A stretch of 64,000 nucleotides of DNA from a virus, in IMG/VR virus record IMGVR_UViG_3300032829_000008, positions 2,579 to 66,578 of that record, one strand, 5' to 3'. Under the pieces are notes generated by a model that saw nothing but the letters and a program-made list of their open reading frames with translations, ran no database searches and was not told the origin of the DNA. The translations under genes and the position numbers were made by a program. This document shows, piece by piece, positions 1 to 10,271 of the stretch (position 1 is its first letter; every line of letters begins with the position of its first letter).

Positions 1-1
1 C

Positions 2-1390
2 GATCGCAACAGCAACGGTGGCACCATCCTGGGCCACGTGTGGAAGATGTTCCAGGGTAAGCGGTTCGGCGGAGTGTGGGTGGCACGCGTGGCGGCTGCC
101 GCAGCGGTCAAGGCCAGCTTCACCCTGGAGACCGCGGCGGGTGGTGCCGGCACGCAGGTGGTCCGCGTGGACGCGTACGGCCCGGGCGCAGCGGGCAACG
201 ATATTCAGTTCAAGGTACTGGCGGCCACCGACGGCCAGGCGACCCACTGGAACCTGAGCATCAAGCTCTATGGACGCGTGTACCTGTACGAGAACCTCTG
301 CACCACCGGTGTGGACAACACCAACCAGGTCATCGGTTCGGATGACGCGGTCATCATCCGGTTGACCAAGCTGGCCGATGGACGTCCCGTCAACAACGCG
401 CCGTCCACGGATGGCGCCGATACCAACGGTTACACCAACCTGGGTCAGGTGGTGGCCAACTTCACCAGCGTGGCCGGCTCGGACGGCGCCATCGCGGATA
501 GCGACTACACCGCTACCGGTGGTCCGATGGAGATCATCAGCAACACGCGCGGCATCAACATCTGCTTGGTGGCGGGGCGCAGCAACGCGACCATCAAGAC
601 GAAGATCCAGGCACTCGCCGCAGTGGCGAGCCAGCGGGTGTGGTTTGCCTGTCCCGACAACGAGACGGTGACCGATACCAGCGCCGAGACGGAGCGCGCG
701 GCGTTCACGGTTACCGATCGTCTCTCGTACTGGTTCAACCACCCGTACATCATCGATTCGGTCACCAACGAGGAGATCGTCGACGAGCCGCACGGCCTGG
801 TGGCCAGCATCCTCAGTCAGACTGACCCGGACGTGCATCCCGGTGACCAGCGCAACGCCGCGTACACCAAGGGCGTCACCCGCGTGTACAACGAGCTGAG
901 CGACGCGCAGCGCGACGCGTTGGACGCCGCGGGTGTCAGCTATCTCAACGCGGACCTGGATACCAGCGGCAACCGCATCATCATCCCAGGCAACGCGCTC
1001 ACGTGCGACCTCAACAAGAACAACCGCGACCTGGACCAGCGCTACATGAAGGATTTCATCCTCTACGCGCTGGCGCTGTTGATGACGGGGGACCTGTTCC
1101 GCGGCAACACGCCGAGTGCGCGCGCCGCGCGTGCCGGTGCTGCCACCAGTTTCCTCACGGGCCTGGCCAACGCCGAGCGCTACGTGCTCAAGGACGACCA
1201 GGGCAACCCGATGTTCAGCTACAAGAACGACAACACCGTCAATAACCTGACGGACCAGGGCAACGGCGACCAGGTGGACCTGCTGCAGTGCCGGCTGATC
1301 GCCAAGAACAAGCGCATCCTGCTGAACGCGTTCATCGGACCAACCGTGGTAATCACGGAGACGCAGAACACCAGCACCGCGCAAGGCTAA
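2..1390 (+). CDS. Contractile tail sheath protein (5'-truncated by window edge)
   Basis: Frame open from position 2; sheath-like C-terminal half (L..AGVSYL, R..DFI); directly upstream of tube, chaperone and tape measure genes. Confidence 0.8.
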   Translation, partial: DRNSNGGTILGHVWKMFQGKRFGGVWVARVAAAAAVKASFTLETAAGGAGTQVVRVDAYGPGAAGNDIQFKVLAATDGQATHWNLSIKLYGRVYLYENLCTTGVDNTNQVIGSDDAVIIRLTKLADGRPVNNAPSTDGADTNGYTNLGQVVANFTSVAGSDGAIADSDYTATGGPMEIISNTRGINICLVAGRSNATIKTKIQALAAVASQRVWFACPDNETVTDTSAETERAAFTVTDRLSYWFNHPYIIDSVTNEEIVDEPHGLVASILSQTDPDVHPGDQRNAAYTKGVTRVYNELSDAQRDALDAAGVSYLNADLDTSGNRIIIPGNALTCDLNKNNRDLDQRYMKDFILYALALLMTGDLFRGNTPSARAARAGAATSFLTGLANAERYVLKDDQGNPMFSYKNDNTVNNLTDQGNGDQVDLLQCRLIAKNKRILLNAFIGPTVVITETQNTSTAQG

Positions 1391-1402
1391 CAGGAGCACA
1401 CC

Positions 1403-1852
1403 ATGGCCGGAGAAATCAGAGCAAAAGAGTGCCGGGCCGAGGTCACGGTGGCGGGCCTGGGGCGCCTCGGCGGCAGCTTCAGCACCATCCACGACATCGA
1501 CGTCAAGCCGGATTCCGAGATCAGCAAGAAGCGCTTCACGGGGCAGAAGCGCGCCCACGGCGACCTGGATGTCAAGGGGTGGGACGTCTCCTTTAAGACG
1601 GAGAAGACGGACCACATCTGGTCCCAGCTGTGGGATCTCATCCAGGCTGCCGAGCTGAACGGCAATCCACTGCCCGACATCACCCTCACGCTGACGTACA
1701 AGTACCGCGATGGCAGCGGCCTGCTGCGCACCGACAGCCTCTACGGCGACGCAGTACTCAAGATGGACAGCAACTCCATCCCCAGGGATGGCTACGAGTT
1801 GGTCAGCTGGAGCGGATTCTTCGCCTACAACACCGCCAGCCGCAGCGGCTAA
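1403..1852 (+). CDS. Tail tube protein
   Basis: 149 aa, RBS CAGGAG, position right after sheath, beta-rich pattern. Confidence 0.7.
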   Translation: MAGEIRAKECRAEVTVAGLGRLGGSFSTIHDIDVKPDSEISKKRFTGQKRAHGDLDVKGWDVSFKTEKTDHIWSQLWDLIQAAELNGNPLPDITLTLTYKYRDGSGLLRTDSLYGDAVLKMDSNSIPRDGYELVSWSGFFAYNTASRSG

Positions 1853-1875
1853 GCAACAACGAAAGGGATGCCACG

Positions 1876-2265
1876 ATGATGGAGCGAACGAAGACACTGG
1901 ACCTCAGCAAGTACCGGGACCTGGATATCAAGACTGTCACGGTGAAGGTGCTGCAGGGTCCCGATATCGTGCAGGCCGCCGAGCTGTGCGTCAAGCCCAA
2001 CGGCGATCTCATGGAGGGTGGGCAGTTCGGGCTGAACCTGCGACTGCAGTGCATCAGCCGCAGCATCGTCAAGGTCAACGGGCAGCCGGTCATCGGTACG
2101 TCGTGCAGCCAGTTCTTCGACTGGTCCAAGCGCACCCAGGATTTCTGCGGTAAGGTGTACGACCACCTGAATAGTCTCTCCACGGAGGAGTCCGACGATT
2201 TTCAGGCCAGGCTGGACGCCGCCGCGTACGACGCCGCCCAGCCGACGAGTTCTACGCAGGGTTGA
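1876..2265 (+). CDS. Tail assembly chaperone
   Basis: ATG at 1876 after GAAAGGG; lies between tube and tape measure genes. Confidence 0.7.
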   Translation: MMERTKTLDLSKYRDLDIKTVTVKVLQGPDIVQAAELCVKPNGDLMEGGQFGLNLRLQCISRSIVKVNGQPVIGTSCSQFFDWSKRTQDFCGKVYDHLNSLSTEESDDFQARLDAAAYDAAQPTSSTQG

Positions 2266-2411
2266 TCAAGGAGTGGGTCTGGGTCTGCTGGCACCTGGGG
2301 CAGCCTGACCTGCATACGTATCTAGCCTACGATAACTTCACGCGCGCCATCATCAGGCGCGAGCTGAATGCGCGTATCCGCGACCACAACGCGCCGCTGA
2401 CACATGGGTGA
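2197..2411 (+). CDS. Probable -1 frameshift extension of the tail assembly chaperone (gpGT-like)
   Basis: -1 frame open 2175-2411 (..LIKEWVWVCWHLGQPDL..), fills the gap to the tape measure gene; GAT TTT C at 2197-2203. Confidence 0.5.
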
Positions 2412-4257
2412 CACCACCACATACCGCGTAGAGACCATCTACGATGTCACGGACAAGGCGAGCAAGCAGCTCCAGGAGATTGCTGCGCACGCCAAGCAGG
2501 CTGCCCACCACAGTGAGACACTGAAGACGGTGCTGCTTGGGATGGGTGGCGCCGTCATTAGCAGCAGCATCGTGCATCAGGCCAAGCATGCGTTCATCGA
2601 CTTCAATAAGGAGGTCCAGAATGCCAAGATCAGCTTGAGCACGATGATTCAGGGCAACTACAACGCCAGTTTCGAACAAGCCAGCGGTGCTGCCAATCGC
2701 CTGTACAGCGAGTTCCAGAAGTTCAGCCAGCAGACGCCTGTCACCACGCAGGAGATGCTGGAGTTCAGCCGCGGCGTCGCAGTGGCCACGGCCCAGGCTG
2801 GTGGCAGCGTGCGCGATATCGCCACCATGACTGAGCGCGGCGTGGTGGCGGCCAAGGCCATGGGCCAGGAGAGCGGGTATGCGGCCAACGAGCTGGCGCA
2901 CATGCTGGCGGGCGTGGTCAATCGGCGCATGATCTTCGCACAGCAGATCCTCGGCATGGCGCACATGTCCGAGGAGGAGTTCAAGACCAAGAACGCCAGC
3001 CAGCGACTCAAGATCGTCGAGGGCGTGCTGGGCAGTGACGCCATGAAAGAGGCTGCCAAGCAATTCGGCGAGTCGTTCGCTGGTGTGACCAGCACCCTGG
3101 AGGACAAGCTCCAGATCCTCGGCGGTAAGGTTGGACTACCCCTGTTCAAGGCCATCACCGAAGAGGTGAAGAACTGGAATACGTGGCTGGACCGCAACGA
3201 GGCGCAGGTGGAGTATTGGGCGCACAAGGTCGGCGAGGCGCTGGTCAAGGGATTCGGCTACGCCAAGGACGCCGTGATGTTCATGGTGGACCATGCGTCC
3301 ACCCTCATCAAAATTGCGGAGGCGTGGGCGGCAGTGAAGGTGGCCAGCATGGTGGGCGGTGGCATTGCCGGGACCCTGCAGGGATTCGGTGCGTACGGTG
3401 GCAAGGTGAGCGCGGGCAGCGTCATGGGGAATGCTGGTTCGCTGGCAGGCGCCGCGGCGGGTGGCTACCTCCTGGGCAGGGAGCTATTCGCCAGTCTGAA
3501 TCATGATATCCACAATGCACTGCAGCCCCAGGAGGCTGCTCTGGAGAGGGCCACTGCTCGTCTGGACGAATTCGAGCTGGCGCTTGCCAAGGCCAAGGAC
3601 AAGCTCCGCGAGACCTACGGAGAGAATGACGCGCGGTCGGGCGCGCGGTACTCCGCGTTTACTGTGGAGCGTACCCGCATGGCGGATAAAGCCGACGCCC
3701 TCGCTGCACTCGCCGCGGCGGCCAATGCGGGTGGCAGCGGGTTGATCGACGCCACCGGCAACCTCAAGCTGCGCGCCGCGGGCTTCAATGATGCCGACGC
3801 CAACCGGTACATGGACATGTACCAGCGTGCCAGAGAGGGCCACGGGACCACCGACATCAACTTCGAGGCAGCCAACGCCAGTGCCCAGCTGAAGGAGGTA
3901 AGTCAGAACTACGCCAATGGCGTCGCCTTCAGCAACCTGATGGTGAACTCGGCGCTGGCCACCATGACCGAGGAGCAGCGGCAACACTTGGAGGTGAGCA
4001 AGGTGACCAACGCCTTGCTGGAAGAGTACCTCAAGGGCAACTACATGACCGTGGGCAAGGTCGTGCAGGAATTGCTTGGCACTGACCCCGACAGCAAGCT
4101 GAAGAGCACTGCCAAGGTCAATCAAAATGTCACCATCAACATCCAGCAGGTCAGCGCCAAGGATCCCGACCGCTGGCTCGCCGAGATGGACGACATGGTC
4201 GCGCGCCGGGTGCGTGCTCCGACCCGGGCCCGTAACGGATTGGCTAGAGGATTCTAA
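2404..4257 (+). CDS. Tape measure protein
   Basis: 617 aa, helical Ala-rich, TMP-like motifs (QQTP.T.QE, STL.D), synteny. Confidence 0.85.
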   Translation: MGDTTTYRVETIYDVTDKASKQLQEIAAHAKQAAHHSETLKTVLLGMGGAVISSSIVHQAKHAFIDFNKEVQNAKISLSTMIQGNYNASFEQASGAANRLYSEFQKFSQQTPVTTQEMLEFSRGVAVATAQAGGSVRDIATMTERGVVAAKAMGQESGYAANELAHMLAGVVNRRMIFAQQILGMAHMSEEEFKTKNASQRLKIVEGVLGSDAMKEAAKQFGESFAGVTSTLEDKLQILGGKVGLPLFKAITEEVKNWNTWLDRNEAQVEYWAHKVGEALVKGFGYAKDAVMFMVDHASTLIKIAEAWAAVKVASMVGGGIAGTLQGFGAYGGKVSAGSVMGNAGSLAGAAAGGYLLGRELFASLNHDIHNALQPQEAALERATARLDEFELALAKAKDKLRETYGENDARSGARYSAFTVERTRMADKADALAALAAAANAGGSGLIDATGNLKLRAAGFNDADANRYMDMYQRAREGHGTTDINFEAANASAQLKEVSQNYANGVAFSNLMVNSALATMTEEQRQHLEVSKVTNALLEEYLKGNYMTVGKVVQELLGTDPDSKLKSTAKVNQNVTINIQQVSAKDPDRWLAEMDDMVARRVRAPTRARNGLARGF

Positions 4258-5318
4258 TGCGCACGGCAACTAGGACCATTATCACGGAGTTGCGACGTAC
4301 CGGCGCAGCCGGTGTCGTTACTCCCGTGGTGTTCGATTGGTCTGCGGCCAGCCACGCCTCCATTCTGGACGACCTGGAATTCGAGCTGCGCGTCAAGACC
4401 AATCGGCGCGAGGTTCCCGGTGGCGACAACGTCGTGGAGCAGGTGATGGCCGCCACCTGGCAGCCATTCGAGTTTACCGGCGAGTGGGTGGACATGTGGG
4501 CTGGCGTGGGGTTCGCGTGGAACACGTACCTGGCGTTCTCGCAATTGGTGGGGCGCACCAACTTGGTGCGGCTCCAGCTGGACCAGCACAGCTTCGTGGG
4601 GCTGCTCACCAACCTGAAGATCAAGTACCGCACTGTCGATCGCATCAAGTACACCTGCACCATCAGTCCTCACCAGAACGAGGCCGTGGGGTCGTTCCGC
4701 GGCACGGTGCCAGTGCCGGTGGAGACCCGCAGCCCGGATCAATGGCAGCAGGACGTGGCGGAGCAAGCGCAGGATCTGAGCGACCAGCTGGAAAGCGCGC
4801 TGAACATTCCGGTGGGCACCGAGGACGTGCTGGACGCCCGGGCCACGCAACTGCAGATGGATCGCGAATTGACGGGTGTGGCTGCGCTCACCACCAACGC
4901 GAGTCTGCAGAGCAATGCCACGCAGCAACTGCTGCAGGCCGCCGGGGCGTTCCGGCGGGTGAGCGGCCAGGCGCTGACCATCGCGGCCAATGCCGGGCAG
5001 CTGCGCTCCGACTTGGCCGTGGCCTTCGCGGATGTGCTGCAGACGCTCAAGTATGACGCCTGGCGCTGCACGACGTACGTCTCTGCACTGCAGACGGCCG
5101 GTCTGGCGCGCAAGGCGGAGCTGGACATGCGCGCCCGAGCCGCCAAGCACCCCAAGGCGATCTACAGGCCGCAGGCAGGCGAGCCCTGGGAGCGCATCGC
5201 ACTCAAGTTCTACGGCACCGCGGATGCCTGGCGCACCATCTACGACGCCAATCCCACCGTAGCCAGCCTGGTACTGGACGGCACCGAAGTGCTCACCATC
5301 CCGGAGCGGCAGTCGTGA
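4257..5318 (+). CDS. Tail tube initiator / baseplate protein with C-terminal LysM-like domain
   Basis: C-term GEPWERIALKFYGTADAWRTIYDANP...GTEVLTIP is LysM/gpX-like. Confidence 0.7.
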   Translation: MRTATRTIITELRRTGAAGVVTPVVFDWSAASHASILDDLEFELRVKTNRREVPGGDNVVEQVMAATWQPFEFTGEWVDMWAGVGFAWNTYLAFSQLVGRTNLVRLQLDQHSFVGLLTNLKIKYRTVDRIKYTCTISPHQNEAVGSFRGTVPVPVETRSPDQWQQDVAEQAQDLSDQLESALNIPVGTEDVLDARATQLQMDRELTGVAALTTNASLQSNATQQLLQAAGAFRRVSGQALTIAANAGQLRSDLAVAFADVLQTLKYDAWRCTTYVSALQTAGLARKAELDMRARAAKHPKAIYRPQAGEPWERIALKFYGTADAWRTIYDANPTVASLVLDGTEVLTIPERQS

Positions 5319-6715
5319 CCACCAGCGTGTTTCGCCCGCGATGCAAGGCGCAGCTCAGCATCACGCTGGATGACCGCCGCGTGGACAACACCGATAAGGA
5401 CGCCGCGCAGCGCAAGGCTCGCCGCAGCGTGCTAGTGGAGGTGACACCCAAGAGCGCCAACGTCTCCCTCAACGGATACCACGAGGGGGCGACCTGGAAC
5501 ATGGAGTTCGACGCGCGCAGCCTGCCCTTCGATCCGGACCAAGTCACCAGCGTGGCCGCGTGGATCTACATGTGGGACAGCGGTGGGGACGATACCGTGG
5601 AGTGGGCCACCCCAGATAAGCTCATGCTGGAGGGCATCACGGACGACGCAGATGGCGTGCTGATCGGTGACAGCAACATGGTCAAGCTGGTGGGCCGTGA
5701 CTACACCAGCGTGCTGGACTTGGAGTGGAATCCCAAGGACAACGTCGAGGTTGGCGACGCTCTGGACGTAGTGGTGCAGCGTATCGCTGATAAGGCTGCG
5801 CCGGTGGGTACCCGCGCACGATTCACCGTGAAGTGGGAGGCCGACGAGGATCCACCGCGCAGTGGTGGCCTGCACCGCAGCACCAAGAAGAAGGGACTGT
5901 GGATCAAGCAAGGCAAGACGTACTGGGAAGTCATCTACGACCTGGTCACGCAGCACGGATTCATCGTGTATGTGCGCGGCAGAGACATCGTGGTGACCGA
6001 CCCCAAGACCCAGACCGCGCAGAGCTTGGCCACGGCGCCCCGGCTCGCATACGGCGTGCACCTCACGCGGCTGCGGGTCAAGCGTAAGTTTGCTCGCGAG
6101 CGCGTGCCCCAGGTGGTGCTGGTGGCGTGGGACCCCGACACGGGGCAAGAGATTCAGGTGGAGTATCCGGAAAAGCGCAACGTCATCGTGGATGGACTCG
6201 CCGTCAAGAAGGACGAGCGGATGTATTTCCCTGCACCCAAGGGGATCATCGACCGCGACACGCTCAAGCGATACGCGCGCATGCGGTTTTACCACCTGGG
6301 TCGTGGCGAGAGCACCTACGATATCGAGACCGCTATGCTCAGCGTGGAAGCGGGCGCACCCAGTAACGATCAGCTGGCAACCGCGAGCGCCACGGTAGAT
6401 CTTTTGCGACTGCGCACTGGCGATCCTATCGGTATCAAGTTTGATCCGTTCAATCGCGAGCACCTGCGCAAGCTGACCACGGAGATGCGCGTGGCGCACT
6501 TGGAGGCCTTGGGCTACGCGCCCAGCATCGCCGAGTTCGTGGCGGCCAACGTGGAGCAGTTGACCCAGTACACGCAACCGTACTACAGCAATAAGTTGAA
6601 ATTCGATTACGACGAGGACGAAGGCATCACCATCGCCGTGACGGCGGTCAACTTCGCCAGCCAGCTGCGCGAGATCCACTATGCAGACGCCTCCGACGCG
6701 GGGAGGCCACAATGA
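5315..6715 (+). CDS. Baseplate hub protein (gpD/gp27-like)
   Basis: Size and position between LysM protein and spike. Confidence 0.6.
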   Translation: MTTSVFRPRCKAQLSITLDDRRVDNTDKDAAQRKARRSVLVEVTPKSANVSLNGYHEGATWNMEFDARSLPFDPDQVTSVAAWIYMWDSGGDDTVEWATPDKLMLEGITDDADGVLIGDSNMVKLVGRDYTSVLDLEWNPKDNVEVGDALDVVVQRIADKAAPVGTRARFTVKWEADEDPPRSGGLHRSTKKKGLWIKQGKTYWEVIYDLVTQHGFIVYVRGRDIVVTDPKTQTAQSLATAPRLAYGVHLTRLRVKRKFARERVPQVVLVAWDPDTGQEIQVEYPEKRNVIVDGLAVKKDERMYFPAPKGIIDRDTLKRYARMRFYHLGRGESTYDIETAMLSVEAGAPSNDQLATASATVDLLRLRTGDPIGIKFDPFNREHLRKLTTEMRVAHLEALGYAPSIAEFVAANVEQLTQYTQPYYSNKLKFDYDEDEGITIAVTAVNFASQLREIHYADASDAGRPQ

Positions 6716-7272
6716 CGCTGCAGAGCCTGCGCGACCTGGTGAAAGACGACCAGGTGTTCACCTTTGCCGCGCGCGTGACGGTGGACCCCAAATCAGGCAC
6801 ACACTACCAGGTGAACGAGGAAGGCTACGTCATCATCAGCTGCACCACGCAGAGCGGGCACCGGTTGTGGGCCAACCTGAGCCTGGACGTCGACGAGAGT
6901 GGGCGCGGCGTGTGGAAACTACCGGCGGTCGGCACCGAAGTGCTGATTGGCACACACGAGGGTGATTTCGAGGGTGAGTGTTACTTGATCGGCAAGCACG
7001 CGCGTATCGCCTTGCCATCCGACGTGGACCCAAGTACAGTGGTGCTGCAGGGTGATCAAGTGGTGGCGCGCAGCGTAGGCGGCACTGCCAGCGCCCTGGC
7101 GACATTGGCCGATTTGCAAGCGCAGGTGGCCTACCTGCGCAAGCAGTTCGACAGCATCACCGGGCATACCCACGCCGGTCCCGGCTCACCACCCACGGAA
7201 TCAGCGGTGCCGCCTGCCGGTACCAGCAGCGTGCCTACGCCAGCAGGCACCACGGTACTACAAGGAGAGTGA
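6712..7272 (+). CDS. Baseplate central spike (gpV-like)
   Basis: LPAVGTEVLIG OB-fold motif and C-terminal HTH iron-binding motif (GHTHAG). Confidence 0.8.
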   Translation: MTLQSLRDLVKDDQVFTFAARVTVDPKSGTHYQVNEEGYVIISCTTQSGHRLWANLSLDVDESGRGVWKLPAVGTEVLIGTHEGDFEGECYLIGKHARIALPSDVDPSTVVLQGDQVVARSVGGTASALATLADLQAQVAYLRKQFDSITGHTHAGPGSPPTESAVPPAGTSSVPTPAGTTVLQGE

Positions 7273-7275
7273 GCG

Positions 7276-8253
7276 ATGTCCCTACCCACCGTCGCCAAAA
7301 ACTGGATCATCAGCCCCTGCAACCGCATCACCTTTGTGTCGCTCAACGACACGATGGCCGCGTACCTGTTCGGCGCCAAGGCGTTCCTCAAAACCAACCA
7401 CTGGGCCATCAAGGGCAGCTGCGATGGCACCACCGGAGCCATGGACGCTGTGGATCGGTGGGCCTCCAAGGCCAACGCCACCACGCGCGGAGCGGCAGCA
7501 GCCAACGCACAATCGTGGGTGGTGTTCACAGATGCCAACGGGTGCGACATCCTGTTCACGTATCAGGGTGCTAGCGACGACATCGCGCGCATCTCGTTCT
7601 CCCCCGGCGGCCTATTCGTGGCTGCAGGCACCCCCAACCAGCAGCCCACGGCTACGGACGAGCAGGTCATCTGCAGCGCCACCAGCCTCATCAATGCGAC
7701 TGCCAGTGCAGATCGCCTGTGGACCGGGTGGGCCACGGACGACCACAAGATGTTCAGGTTTGCCATCGCGCGCGGTGGCGTGTGGGTCGGTCTGGTATTC
7801 GGTGTGGAGGCGGTGTCCAGTACGGTGGTCACCGCGACATTCAGCCCCGCGGTGTGGGGGTTTTGCTGCACGCCCGCCAACCTCAACACCAACAGTTTTA
7901 TTGGAACGTTCTCGGCCAACGCTCGCGGAGGCCTGGCGCGCACGGTAGTGAGCAGCGTGCCGTTCAGCTGCCAGGTCCTATTCGGCTTGGAGCTGTACAA
8001 CGCCAGCGTGTTGACCTGGGGTAACGTCAAGACAGAATTGCAGGGTGCCGTGGGCTACCCGATATTCCCGGTGGGCATCGGCACCACCACCGCCGGCAGT
8101 CAGGGCAAGCTCGGCAACCTCATCGACTGGTGGTTGGCTCGCACCACTGCCACTGATGGCGACACCTACGGAGCACTGCAGTTCATCGTCGTGGGCACGA
8201 GCGGCGGTGTCATCTTCCCCTGGGATGGGGTCACTACCCCGGTGATGACGTAA
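7276..8253 (+). CDS. Putative virion structural protein
   Basis: 325 aa, Thr/Gly/Ala-rich, in baseplate cluster, good RBS. Confidence 0.5.
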   Translation: MSLPTVAKNWIISPCNRITFVSLNDTMAAYLFGAKAFLKTNHWAIKGSCDGTTGAMDAVDRWASKANATTRGAAAANAQSWVVFTDANGCDILFTYQGASDDIARISFSPGGLFVAAGTPNQQPTATDEQVICSATSLINATASADRLWTGWATDDHKMFRFAIARGGVWVGLVFGVEAVSSTVVTATFSPAVWGFCCTPANLNTNSFIGTFSANARGGLARTVVSSVPFSCQVLFGLELYNASVLTWGNVKTELQGAVGYPIFPVGIGTTTAGSQGKLGNLIDWWLARTTATDGDTYGALQFIVVGTSGGVIFPWDGVTTPVMT

Positions 8254-8254
8254 C

Positions 8255-8722
8255 ATGACGGTCCAGACTGGATACGCGTTCAACCCGCAGCCGATGTTCA
8301 ACTCATCGTCGCCTGTGGAGCCTGGCGCATTCTTTCTGCCGGTCGGCAGCTTCGCCTCGTTCAGTCTCACGTTTACCAGCGTGACGGCGCAGGGTGATCT
8401 GGCAGCTACTCCGGACCTGGCTCGATGGACGCCCGTGGTGGCATCGTTCGCATGCCCCGCCGGCTACAAGGTGTCGGTGGTCGCGCAGATTGGCACCGAC
8501 AGTGCGCTGTGGATGGTGGCCTACGACGAGTTGTTGGGTGGTGCCGTCCCGGGTCATCCGGAGTACGGCCTGTCTCCGCTGTTCGAGGATAAGTCCACCG
8601 TGACGGTGGCCGGTAGCGAGCTGGAGGGCCGCACGTTCACTTTTAGCATCCTACCCAACGGCGGATGGCAACGCCCCAACGTCAAGTTGGTGGTGTACTG
8701 CGCCCTGGAGGTCACGCCCTGA
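8255..8722 (+). CDS. Hypothetical structural protein
   Basis: Tightly packed ORF in baseplate operon. Confidence 0.5.
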   Translation: MTVQTGYAFNPQPMFNSSSPVEPGAFFLPVGSFASFSLTFTSVTAQGDLAATPDLARWTPVVASFACPAGYKVSVVAQIGTDSALWMVAYDELLGGAVPGHPEYGLSPLFEDKSTVTVAGSELEGRTFTFSILPNGGWQRPNVKLVVYCALEVTP

Positions 8723-9165
8723 TGCCGCTGGAATGGACCGTTCCGCAGGCCGCCGTGGTGCCACCCACGCTGACCACGCAGCAGGTGGCGGGCGAGGATA
8801 TCCGCTTGCGCAACGGTAGCGCGGACGTCGGGCCACACGGGGATCTGGCCACAGTGCGGGGCACGGATGCCGCGTCCCAATCCGTTGTGCGTGAGGCGGG
8901 TGCCAATCCCGGCAGCCTGGTGCGCCGTCCGGAGTGGGGTTGCGGCTTGCCCGGGCAAGTGCTGCAGGGCAACACTCCAAGCACGCGCGCCGCAGCAGTG
9001 GCCGCCGTTCGCGCGCGCCTGGCCGCCAATCCGAGGATCGCTGGTATCCAAGAGGTGAGTGCCGCGGATGGCGATGACGGCTACGTGCTGACGGTGCGCG
9101 CTTCCACGGCGGAGGGCAACCCGCTTGCCATGGACGTGCAGGTCACCCCCAGAGGAGTGAAGTAG
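8722..9165 (+). CDS. Baseplate wedge protein (gp25/gpW-like)
   Basis: GDLATV.G..., PG.L..RPEWG.GL, L.ANPRI motifs; ATG overlaps upstream stop. Confidence 0.75.
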   Translation: MPLEWTVPQAAVVPPTLTTQQVAGEDIRLRNGSADVGPHGDLATVRGTDAASQSVVREAGANPGSLVRRPEWGCGLPGQVLQGNTPSTRAAAVAAVRARLAANPRIAGIQEVSAADGDDGYVLTVRASTAEGNPLAMDVQVTPRGVK

Positions 9166-9166
9166 C

Positions 9167-10270
9167 ATGGCTACTCCCAGCCCCCAAGACATGTACGACC
9201 TGGGCGTGTACACGCTGCAGGCCCGACGCCCGAGCCTCATCGTGAATCCTGGCGATGTGACGGATGCGGTGGTCAACGGCTGCGTGAGCATGGCCACGGC
9301 AGTGATCGGTTACGGCGCCAATCGGTTCGCAGCGGCCACACTGGACGGTGCCGAAGGCGACGACCTCTCGCAGACCACGCACGATCGTGGCGTGGACCGC
9401 GACGAGGGCGAGGAAGCTAAGGCCACGCTGACGCTGGCGCGCCCCACGGCGCTGGCCGGTGCAGGCACCATCCCCACGGGATTCCGCGTGGGGACGCAGC
9501 CAGACGATACCGGCGCATTCGTCACGTTCACCATCGATAACGACGTGCCGTTTGCCATCGGGCAGCTGACCGCTACCGTCACGGCCACGTGTGCCGTGCA
9601 GGGCAAGGTGGGCAACGTGGTGGAGAACACCATCACCCGCCTCCTGGACACGCCGTTCGATACGACCCTAACGGCCACCAACGCCGCTCGCGCCGCTGGT
9701 GGCGACGAGGAGGAGAGCGATCCTGACCTCCGCGACCGCACGCGCGGCAACTTCTTGCAGCAGCGCCGCGGCACCGAGGACGCCCTGGTGCTCGCTGCCA
9801 AGACCCCCGGCACTGGCGTCAAGCGAGCATCCACGCTGGTGGACCCCACCACCGGCATCATCACGCTCTTCGTGAGCGACGCAGATGGTAACGCCAATGC
9901 CGCCATGGTGGCCGCGGTGCAAAAGATCATCGATGGCTCGCCGAGCGAGGGGATTCCGGCGTGGCGTGCAGCGGGTGACGTAGTCAACGTGGTGGGCGCG
10001 GTATTGTTGACGCAGGACATCACCGTGCAGCTGGTGGTGCGCGCAGGCGTGGACATCAACACGCTGGTCACTCGCGTCATTGCAGCGGTGACCACGGAGG
10101 TGGCGCGCCTTCAACCGGGCGACGTGCTCTACACGGAGAACATCAGCCGAGCGGCGCGCGGCGTGGATCAGTACAGTATCCTGCGGGCCGCATGCGTGAT
10201 ACCCGCGGTCAGCATCGCCCCGGGTACCAATCAAGTCATCCGGGCAGGCGTGGTCAGCGTCACGGGTTAA
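9167..10270 (+). CDS. Baseplate J-like protein
   Basis: GG.EEESD..LR.R motif; IP.GFRV; G..GNV. Confidence 0.9.
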   Translation: MATPSPQDMYDLGVYTLQARRPSLIVNPGDVTDAVVNGCVSMATAVIGYGANRFAAATLDGAEGDDLSQTTHDRGVDRDEGEEAKATLTLARPTALAGAGTIPTGFRVGTQPDDTGAFVTFTIDNDVPFAIGQLTATVTATCAVQGKVGNVVENTITRLLDTPFDTTLTATNAARAAGGDEEESDPDLRDRTRGNFLQQRRGTEDALVLAAKTPGTGVKRASTLVDPTTGIITLFVSDADGNANAAMVAAVQKIIDGSPSEGIPAWRAAGDVVNVVGAVLLTQDITVQLVVRAGVDINTLVTRVIAAVTTEVARLQPGDVLYTENISRAARGVDQYSILRAACVIPAVSIAPGTNQVIRAGVVSVTG

Positions 10271-10271
10271 C

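Noticed and set aside
10266-10271. Isolated GTTAAC
   Set aside because: Formed by the baseplate J stop codon; no -24/-12 motif noticed nearby
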